Shown: in pieces, positions 57,083 through 64,000 of the stretch | Position numbering within the stretch: position 1 is the stretch's first letter | Layout of the letters: every line of letters starts with the position of its first letter | Assembly: GCA_034670305.1 (NCBI GenBank) | Contig: JAXMNT010000007.1 | Location: 157,236 to 221,235, forward strand | Source of the DNA: Deltaproteobacteria bacterium | GTDB lineage: Bacteria > Myxococcota_A > Polyangia > Polyangiales > Houyiibacteriaceae | Direction of reading: 5' to 3' | Length of the DNA stretch: 64,000 nt | Position numbers and translations under genes: made by a program | Notes under the pieces: model-generated | What the model was told of the DNA's origin: nothing | What the model saw: the letters and a program-made list of their open reading frames with translations, nothing else | The model's database searches: none

Positions 57083-58600
57083 TCAGCGGGCGAGGGTGGA
57101 GAAGCGGCCGTCGCGCGGCACGTCGAAGTCCACGCCGCGCCGCACGATCGCGACTGTGTCTTCTTGCCACAACGGCAACACCGGCAGGGTCTCGTACAAA
57201 CGTCGCTGTACGACTTCGTAGGCCGCGATCCGTGCCTCCCGGCCCGGTTGCGTGCGCCCCCGCTCCAGCGCCTCGTCCAGCGCCGCGTCGCGCAGCCGCC
57301 AGCGGTTGGCGCCTGGATGGTCCGGGGTCGGGATGCGGTCGCTGCCGAAGAACCAGCTGAGCACGTGCGGTTCGAACACCTCTGGGACCTGCAACACGCA
57401 GAGCTCGAACCCGCCGCGGTTGAGATCGGCAATCAGGGTGGCGGTCTCGCTGGGCCGCACGTCGACCTCGAGCCCGACCTCACCGAGCATCGCGGCGATG
57501 GCGCGCGCGATCGACACCCGGAACCGGTCGCTGCTGGTGCGGAGCAAGAGCCGGCGGCCGGTCCAACCGGCGCTCGCGATCGCGCGCCGTGCGGACTCCG
57601 GGTCGAACGTGCGCGGCTCGAGTGGGACCTCCGCCCAATGTCCCGTCGGGATCCAGCTCTCGGCGACGTGCGCGCGCCCCTCGAGCTTGGCCGCGATGAG
57701 CGCTTCCCGGTCGATGGCCAGGCCGATGGCGCGGCGCACTTCGATGGGGACCGCTTCGGTGTGAAACCCGAGGTAGGTCGTGCCGACGCCGGGTGCGCTG
57801 CGGACCTCGAACCGTTCTGGTTCCGCTTCGAAGAGCGGGAGCAACATCGGCGGCACGGCATTCATCGCGAGGTCGCCTGCGCCCGCCATCAACCGCAACG
57901 CGCGGGTGTTGTCGTCGCGGATGGTGACGAACCGGATGCGCTGCCAGCGCGGGCTGCCGCGGTGCCAGCGGAGGTTGGCCTCGAGTTCGAGTTCTCCGGT
58001 GCTGCGGCTGCGCAGGATGTACGGACCCGCGCCCAGCAGCGACTCGTCGTGGCGGGTCGCGATGCGGGTCTCAGCGACCCCGGCCGGAAGGATCGGCACC
58101 TCGAGGTCGGTGAGGAAGGTGGCGTGCGGCGCATCGAGTTCGAACACGACCCGGCGCGGACCCAGGGCTTCGACCCGCGCGATGCGCTCGTAGGACCGCG
58201 CGTAGATGCTGCCGAGCCGCTCCGAGACGATGCCCTCGAAGGTCGCCACCACGTCCTCGCTCGTCAGGGGCGAGCCGTCGTGGAAGACGAGGTCGTGCCG
58301 GAGGGTGACGTGGTAGGTGCGGTCGCCTTCGAGCCGGATGGACTCGGCCAGGTCGGGCACGACTTCCAGCGTCCGTGGATCGATGGTCACAAGCGACGCG
58401 AAGAGCAGCCGGGTCAACTTCAACCCGTAGGGGTCGGTGACGAACCGAGGATCGAGCTCCTCTGCATCGCGGGGCAAGAGTACGACCAAGGGCACGACGT
58501 CGTTCTCTGGGTGTGCGCTTGCCGCATCCTCGGATGCATCGCTCGGGCACCCGATCGAAACGAGCGCACACAAGGAGAGAAGGGTGACCGGCCGCAACAC
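57083..58600 (-). CDS. ABC transporter substrate-binding lipoprotein, family 5 (peptide/nickel type)
   Basis: Lipobox-like SIGC, LDP, PDLAES, FHDGSPLTSEDV, GAGPY and VRRAIGLAIDRE. GTG 58600 start approximate. Confidence 0.9.
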   Translation of the reverse strand: MLRPVTLLSLCALVSIGCPSDASEDAASAHPENDVVPLVVLLPRDAEELDPRFVTDPYGLKLTRLLFASLVTIDPRTLEVVPDLAESIRLEGDRTYHVTLRHDLVFHDGSPLTSEDVVATFEGIVSERLGSIYARSYERIARVEALGPRRVVFELDAPHATFLTDLEVPILPAGVAETRIATRHDESLLGAGPYILRSRSTGELELEANLRWHRGSPRWQRIRFVTIRDDNTRALRLMAGAGDLAMNAVPPMLLPLFEAEPERFEVRSAPGVGTTYLGFHTEAVPIEVRRAIGLAIDREALIAAKLEGRAHVAESWIPTGHWAEVPLEPRTFDPESARRAIASAGWTGRRLLLRTSSDRFRVSIARAIAAMLGEVGLEVDVRPSETATLIADLNRGGFELCVLQVPEVFEPHVLSWFFGSDRIPTPDHPGANRWRLRDAALDEALERGRTQPGREARIAAYEVVQRRLYETLPVLPLWQEDTVAIVRRGVDFDVPRDGRFSTLAR

Positions 58601-58792
58601 GGTTCCAGATAGCAGCCGCAGCCGCCCCACCGCGAGAAAACGGGTGGGGCAAGCCGTAGCCATTGCCTGCCGGATTGCGGATGCTTCGGCGCGCCCGCGC
58701 TTCGCCACGTCGTTCTGCTCGGTCGGGGCCATCCAAGAGAAAACGCGCGTTCGGCAGAGCCGAACGCGCGTCCATCTCACTCGGGAAGTGGT

Positions 58793-59380
58793 CTACTTGG
58801 CGGCGGCGAGGTTCGCGGCGGCGAAGTCCCAGTTCACGAGCTTGTCCAGGTAGACCTGGATGAACCCGCCGCGGTCGTTGCGGTGGTCGATGTAGTAGGC
58901 GTGCTCCCAGACATCGATCGTCAAGAGCGGCGTCTGGCCTGCGGTCAGCGGGGTGCCCGCGTTGCCGGTCGTGACGACCTTGCCCTTGCCGCCTTCGAGC
59001 ACGAGCCAGCCCCAGCCGGAGCCGAACTGGCCGGCCGACTTCGTCTTGAACTCTTCGAGGAACTTGTCGACGCCACCGAAGTCGCGCGTGAGCAGCGCCG
59101 CGAGGTCACCGGCCGGTGCGCCACCGCCGCTGGGCTTCATGCTCTTCCAGAAGAAGGTGTGGTTCCAGACCTGGGCCGCGCAGTTGAAGACGCCGCCTTC
59201 GCTGCTGGCGATGATCTCTTCCAGGCTCTTGTCGGCTTCCGGCTTTCCACCGATCGCCGCTTCGAGCTTCTTCATGTAGCCCTTGTGGTGCTTCTCGTAG
59301 TGGTAGCTGAACGTCTCCGCGCTCATGGCGGGGGCAAGGGCATCTTGGGCGTAGGGGAGGGCTTCGACCTCGAACTTCAT
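58793..59380 (-). CDS. sodB: Fe/Mn superoxide dismutase, Fe-type signature
   Basis: LPYAQDALAP, HYEKHH, FNCAAQVWNHTFFW, FGSGWGWL and DVWEHAYY. AGGAGA upstream. Confidence 0.93.
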   Translation of the reverse strand: MKFEVEALPYAQDALAPAMSAETFSYHYEKHHKGYMKKLEAAIGGKPEADKSLEEIIASSEGGVFNCAAQVWNHTFFWKSMKPSGGGAPAGDLAALLTRDFGGVDKFLEEFKTKSAGQFGSGWGWLVLEGGKGKVVTTGNAGTPLTAGQTPLLTIDVWEHAYYIDHRNDRGGFIQVYLDKLVNWDFAAANLAAAK

Positions 59381-59587
59381 GGACATTCTCCTGTGGGAGG
59401 GGATGGGTTGGGAAACGTGCCGACCGCGTGTCGGGGTCTCTACGGCCCGGACTGCGTTGTGAAAGCCGGCACGGTTCGCAAAGTCAGCGTCGGGCCTTCG
59501 ACGGGCGCGACGAGACAAGCTTCTTAGAACGGGGGCGGGTGCGACATCAAGGGGGGCGGACTTCTTTCTCGCCCGAAGATGCCAACC

Positions 59588-61009
59588 CTACTGGTAAAGG
59601 CTGACAGCGACGGCCCGCACGATGTCGTCCGCGAGCTGTCGAGAACGCCCCTGCCGGCCGCGAATGCCGTTCGCGAGGAAGCTGAACCGGACGGTGCGGC
59701 CATTCGGACCGAGCACGTAGCCACTGAGCGCGATCACATCGTTGAGGGTGCCGGTCTTGGCCCGGACGATGCCCGGCGCGGGCAGATCCCGAAGCCTGCG
59801 CCGCAGCGTGCCGTCCGTTCCGCCCACCGCCAAGTGCGAGAGGTACTCGTGACGGATGGCCGGGGAGTCGAGCACGTGGCCGAGCACCTTCACCAGGTGC
59901 CGCGGCGCGATCAGGTTGCCATCGAAGAGACCGGAGCCGTTGACGATGGTGGCGGCGTCCCGCTCGACCCCCGCCTCGGCGAGCACGTCCTGAAGTACCT
60001 CCGCGCCGCGCGCCGAGCTGCCTGGACGCGCGCGCTCCGCGCCCAGCACCTTGAGCAGCATCTCCGCGTAGAAGTTGTCGCTCCACTTGCCGACTCGGTG
60101 CAGCAGCTGCGACACGGGCGCGGACTCGCGGGAGGTCAGCAGCGGCAACCCGGACGGTCCGGCGCCGAGGCGCACCGCGTGGCCTCCCCGAACGCCGACC
60201 CGATCGAGACACTCGGCGAACACATGGCCCGCGTGCACGAGCGGGTGCTCCACCCGGCGCCGGTAGCCCACGCCGAGGATGCCGGTCGGCACCGAACCCC
60301 GCAGCGTCAGCGCGAGCCGGCCGTCGTCGAGCGCACGCTGCGACGCGATCACGTTGGGCGCGCCGCCATCCGTGGTCGTGATGGTGGAGTCGACTTCGAA
60401 ATAGCCGGGCCCCGCCAGGCGCACCACCGCATCGCTGCCGAGGGTCGATCCCGGCACCACCCGGAGTACGAACGACGCCTGTTCGACCGCGACCGCACCC
60501 ACCGCGGCACGGAACGACGCCATCTCGCCAGGCTGTTGTTCGAACGCCGGCGGGAGGATCTGATCGTCGAAGTATGAGCCATCCACCCACACGCGATCCA
60601 CGCGGCGCACCCCACGGTCGACCAGCGCGTCGGCCAGCTCGACGAGATCGCTCTGGCGCAGGCTGGGATCCCCGAAACCGCGCAGCACCAGATCCGTGAC
60701 CCGGCCGTCGTTCACGCGGCCGTAGAGACCGGTCATCATCTGATGGTCGGGCCCGAGGCGCAGGAGCGCGCCCGCCGCCGTGAGCAACTTCATGTTCGAC
60801 GCGGGGTTGCGGGGCTCGTCCGCGCGCAGCGCGTAGATCTCGGTGTCGCCCTCTTGCACCAGGATCCCGACCTCGTTGCCGAGCTCCGCCGCCCGCACGA
60901 GATCCGCGATCTGTCCGCCGAGCGGACCCGTGGGTTGGGCCAACGCGAGCGGCTGCCCCACGAACGCGAGGAGCGCCCATACCAAGCCAGCCAGCGGGAA
61001 AACTCTCAT
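59588..61009 (-). CDS. dacB: D-alanyl-D-alanine carboxypeptidase/endopeptidase (PBP4, peptidase S13)
   Basis: PASNMK (SxxK), GFGDPSL, SDN (SxN), NGSGL and AKTGTL (KTG). Signal peptide from ATG 61009. Confidence 0.93.
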   Translation of the reverse strand: MRVFPLAGLVWALLAFVGQPLALAQPTGPLGGQIADLVRAAELGNEVGILVQEGDTEIYALRADEPRNPASNMKLLTAAGALLRLGPDHQMMTGLYGRVNDGRVTDLVLRGFGDPSLRQSDLVELADALVDRGVRRVDRVWVDGSYFDDQILPPAFEQQPGEMASFRAAVGAVAVEQASFVLRVVPGSTLGSDAVVRLAGPGYFEVDSTITTTDGGAPNVIASQRALDDGRLALTLRGSVPTGILGVGYRRRVEHPLVHAGHVFAECLDRVGVRGGHAVRLGAGPSGLPLLTSRESAPVSQLLHRVGKWSDNFYAEMLLKVLGAERARPGSSARGAEVLQDVLAEAGVERDAATIVNGSGLFDGNLIAPRHLVKVLGHVLDSPAIRHEYLSHLAVGGTDGTLRRRLRDLPAPGIVRAKTGTLNDVIALSGYVLGPNGRTVRFSFLANGIRGRQGRSRQLADDIVRAVAVSLYQ

Positions 61010-61108
61010 GAGGAGCCAGGTACTAGAGCGACCCACGCGCTGCAAGGTCGACCCGTGCAGCGAAGAGGACCCCCTTGGCGTACGCGGGCGCGCGGTGTAG
61101 GTCGAACC

Positions 61109-63883
61109 ATGCGTCTCAGGCCTGGCTCCGCTCTCTCCGCTTCCATCTTCCTCCTCGCGCTGACCTCGCTGTGGGTCGGCTGCCCGAGCTCCACCGCGAT
61201 CGAAGACGACGACATCGGTCGGCTCGAGGCGCCGCCTCTGACGGTGGATCCGGGTCCCGAGGGGACGCCGCCTGCGGCCGGCCGTCTGCCGACCGATGTG
61301 CGGCCGATGCACTACCGGCTGGCCCTGCACATCGATCCTTCGGAAGACGCTGGCATCGTGGGCGAGGTCTCGATCCGGACCCAGCTCGATGCGCCGAGGC
61401 GCGTGATCTGGATGCACGGCCGCCGCCTCGAGGTGCTCGCCGCCACCGTCACCCCGGTCGACGGTCCGCCGATGGAAGCTGCCTGGACCACCCAGGAAGA
61501 CGACGACCACTTCGCGAAGCTGACGTTGCCGCGCGCGCTCGAAGGCGAAGTCACCATCGCGCTCCGATTTGCGTCTCCATGGGGCGAGGCACTCGGGGGC
61601 ATCTATCGGGTCTCCCAATCGGGCGGCGCCCAGTTCGCGTTCTCTCAGATGGAACCTCTGGACGCGCGGACCGCCTTCCCGTGTTTCGACGAACCTCGGT
61701 TCAAGACCCCGTTCGACATCACGATCGAAGCGCGCGAAGACGACGTCGCGATCGCCAACTCGAGCGCGGTGGCGCAAGAACCCGGTGCAGACGGCTTCTT
61801 CCGCAATGTGTTCGAGACGACCGAACCCATCCCGACCTATCTCTTCGCGGTTGCGGTGGGGCCGCTCGACGTGGTCGAAGCGGTCATCCCCCCGAACGAG
61901 GTGCGCGCCGAGCCGCTGGCCTTCCGCGGCGTCGCGCCGCGCGGCGAGGGACCGAAGCTCGCGTACGCGATGCAGCACACCCCGGCGATCCTCAGCGCAC
62001 TCGAAGCGTGGTTCGGCATCGCGTACCCCTACGACAAGCTCGACATCGTCGCGGTGCCGGACTTCGGCGCGGGCGCGATGGAGAACGTGGGGCTCGTCAC
62101 CTTCCGGTCGAACCTGCTGCTCGTGAACGAGACCGACACGCCGACCAGCCGACTGCGCTTCTTCGCGTACCTGATGGCGCACGAGCTCGCGCACATGTGG
62201 TTCGGCAACCTCGTCACGATGGAGTGGTGGGACGACCTCTGGCTCAACGAAGCGTTCGCGAGCTGGATGGAGCACCGCGCGGTCGAAGCGTGGCGACCCG
62301 CGTACGAACCGGACGTCGAGCTGCTCGATTGGGTCACCGGCGTGATGGACCAGGACGGACTCGAGGCCGCGCGCGCCATCCGCCAACCGATCGTCTCGAG
62401 CCACGACATCCACAACGCATTCGATGGCATCACCTACGCCAAGGGCGCGGGCGTGCTCGGCATGTTCGAGCAGTGGCTCGGCCGCGAGACCTTCCAGCGG
62501 GGCATTCGCGCCTACCTCACCCAGCACCGCTTCCAGAACGCGACCGCGGGTGATCTCATGGCGGCGCTCGGCGAAGCGGGTGGGCGCGACGTCGCGACGC
62601 CGTTCCAGACCTTCCTGACCCAGCCCGGCATCCCCTTCGTCAGCGCGCGCCTCGAGTGCGAAGGGGAGGGCGGTCCGCGCGTCGTGATGCGTCAGACCCG
62701 CTATTTGCCGGTGGGCTCGAGCGCCGAGGCGGATCGGCGCTGGCAGATCCCGGTGTGCATTCGCTTCGGCAGCCGCGGCGCCGACGGGGACGATCAGATC
62801 GCGTGCGAGCAGATGCTCTCGGAAGAAGAGCAGGCCTTCCCGCTGCCGACCGAGACCTGTCCGGACTGGATTCACCCGAACCGTTCCGGAAGCGGCTACT
62901 ACCGCTGGACCTTGCCGGCCGATGGCCTGCGCGCACTTCAGCGCGCGCGTGGTTCGTTGACCATCACCGAACGGCTCTCGCTCGCGGATTCTCTTCGCGC
63001 GTCGTTCAACGCCAACGGCGTGGATGGCGGCGTCGCGCTGGAAGGTTTGCTCCAGCTCGCGTCCGATCCCCACCACTCGGTGGCGACCTCGAGCCTCGAC
63101 TTCTACCGCGGCGTGCTCGACGACGTCGTGGACGACGCGCACCGCGCCAAGTTGCGGCGCAAGATCACCGCCGCCCACCAGCGCGACTACCGGCGCCTTG
63201 GTTGGGCACCGCGGCGCGGCGCCACCGAAGAAGAGAACGTGCGGCTCCGACGCGCGCAGATCGTCCGGCTCTTCGCCCGGGACCTCGAAGACCGCGGCGC
63301 CCGCCGCACCGCCGCACGTCTCGGCGCGGCGTATGTCGGGGACGAAGGCGTGAACGCCGACGCGGTGTCGCCGGACTTGGTGGAGACCGTCCTCACCGTG
63401 GCGATCGAAGACGGCGACGAAGCGTTCTGGCGCAAGACCCGGGCGCTGCTGACAACCGTCGCCGACGGCACCATCCGCCGGAGTGTGCTCACGGCGCTCT
63501 CGGCCACCCGCGAAGCGGCACTGCTCGACGACGCGCTCGCGATCTCGCTCTCGGACGACCTGCGCGCGAACGAACGGCTTCGCCCGATCGGCACGCTGCT
63601 GGCCCGACCGGACACCCGGGCGCAGGCGTGGGCGTGGCTGCAGGCCAACTTCGACGCGCTCGTCGAGAAGCTGCCGCCTTCGTACGCCGGCTACCTGCCG
63701 CTCCTCACCCGCGACGGATGCGAAGCGCCGTTCGCTGCCGAGGTGCAGGCATTCTTCGCGGCGCGGGTCGAAGCGCTGCCCGGCGGGCCGCGCAACCTCG
63801 CCGCGGCCGTGGAAGGCATCGGCCTCTGCGCCGCCCGGGTCGAAGCGCAGCGCCCCCGCGTGCACGCCTGGCTCGACCGCTAG
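61109..63883 (+). CDS. M1-family zinc aminopeptidase, lipoprotein, with ERAP1-like C-terminus
   Basis: Lipobox-like WVGC, ARTAFPCFDEP, GAMEN, HELAH...WLNE and ITYAKG. Confidence 0.95.
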   Translation: MRLRPGSALSASIFLLALTSLWVGCPSSTAIEDDDIGRLEAPPLTVDPGPEGTPPAAGRLPTDVRPMHYRLALHIDPSEDAGIVGEVSIRTQLDAPRRVIWMHGRRLEVLAATVTPVDGPPMEAAWTTQEDDDHFAKLTLPRALEGEVTIALRFASPWGEALGGIYRVSQSGGAQFAFSQMEPLDARTAFPCFDEPRFKTPFDITIEAREDDVAIANSSAVAQEPGADGFFRNVFETTEPIPTYLFAVAVGPLDVVEAVIPPNEVRAEPLAFRGVAPRGEGPKLAYAMQHTPAILSALEAWFGIAYPYDKLDIVAVPDFGAGAMENVGLVTFRSNLLLVNETDTPTSRLRFFAYLMAHELAHMWFGNLVTMEWWDDLWLNEAFASWMEHRAVEAWRPAYEPDVELLDWVTGVMDQDGLEAARAIRQPIVSSHDIHNAFDGITYAKGAGVLGMFEQWLGRETFQRGIRAYLTQHRFQNATAGDLMAALGEAGGRDVATPFQTFLTQPGIPFVSARLECEGEGGPRVVMRQTRYLPVGSSAEADRRWQIPVCIRFGSRGADGDDQIACEQMLSEEEQAFPLPTETCPDWIHPNRSGSGYYRWTLPADGLRALQRARGSLTITERLSLADSLRASFNANGVDGGVALEGLLQLASDPHHSVATSSLDFYRGVLDDVVDDAHRAKLRRKITAAHQRDYRRLGWAPRRGATEEENVRLRRAQIVRLFARDLEDRGARRTAARLGAAYVGDEGVNADAVSPDLVETVLTVAIEDGDEAFWRKTRALLTTVADGTIRRSVLTALSATREAALLDDALAISLSDDLRANERLRPIGTLLARPDTRAQAWAWLQANFDALVEKLPPSYAGYLPLLTRDGCEAPFAAEVQAFFAARVEALPGGPRNLAAAVEGIGLCAARVEAQRPRVHAWLDR

Positions 63884-63925
63884 CAGGTTGCTGAAGAACG
63901 CCCGCAGGGCGTTCTCGCAGCCTGC
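63883..63925. repeat. Imperfect palindrome (hairpin) immediately after the aminopeptidase stop
   Basis: GCAGGTTGC-TGA-AGAACGCCC / GCA / GGGCGTTCT-C-GCAGCCTGC. Confidence 0.7.
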
Positions 63926-63959
63926 CCCTTGCCCCTGCCCTTGCCTTTGCCCTTGCCCG
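63923..63959. repeat. Short period-6 tandem repeat (TGCCYY)n, about 6 units
   Basis: TGCCCC T TGCCCC TGCCCT TGCCTT TGCCCT TGCCCG. Confidence 0.8.
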
Positions 63960-63963
63960 CGGA

Positions 63964-64000
63964 TCAGCGGTCAGATCGCTTGATCAGCGCGACGAGCATC
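63964..64000 (-). CDS. Possible 3' end of a gene entering from the right edge (...MLVALIKRSDR*)
   Basis: Only 12 codons visible. Resembles the C-terminal helix of four-helix-bundle (Avd/IVP-like) proteins. Confidence 0.25.
   Translation of the reverse strand, partial: MLVALIKRSDR

Noticed and set aside
59588-63865. 1425-aa minus-strand ORF as a giant DacB fusion
   Set aside because: The first ~950 codons are the antisense shadow of the M1 aminopeptidase. DacB has its own signal peptide at 61009.
1-64000. tRNA, rRNA, prophage, integrase or transposase
   Set aside because: No cloverleaf or T-loop signature, rRNA-like sequence or recombinase/transposase motif was recognised by eye. A tRNAscan/Rfam run is needed to exclude small RNAs.

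Overview
GC-rich bacterial DNA, most likely from a myxobacterium (Myxococcota; inferred from the MXAN_5808-type S41 protease, the zinc-ribbon Ser/Thr kinase and the Cys-rich lipoproteins). The left ~29 kb is a surface-glycan island with many strand switches. It holds an O-antigen ligase-like gene that runs off the left edge and is absent from the ORF track, a PglF/E/D/C-like diacetamido-sugar initiation set, an MBOAT/SGNH O-acylation pair and uronic-acid/xylose nucleotide-sugar enzymes. It also holds Wzx, a Wzy-like protein, four glycosyltransferases, two sulfotransferases of different families, a methyltransferase and three embedded surface lipoproteins. The right ~35 kb is housekeeping and signalling: PP2C phosphatase, uracil-DNA glycosylase, a three-gene hypothetical operon, Ser/Thr kinase, S41 protease, ATPase-TPR protein, tRNA nucleotidyltransferase, PHP phosphatase, sigma-70 factor, ABC substrate-binding protein, Fe-SOD, DacB and M1 aminopeptidase. 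The most unusual signal is five tandem-repeat tracts of period 6 (units of 6, 12 or 18 bp), most with CCGA or CAG cores. Two lie in frame inside unrelated genes and three are intergenic. The last lies between a palindrome and what may be the 3' end of a four-helix-bundle gene. No rRNA, tRNA, CRISPR array, transposase or integrase was recognised. All calls are from reading motifs by eye; no searches were run.
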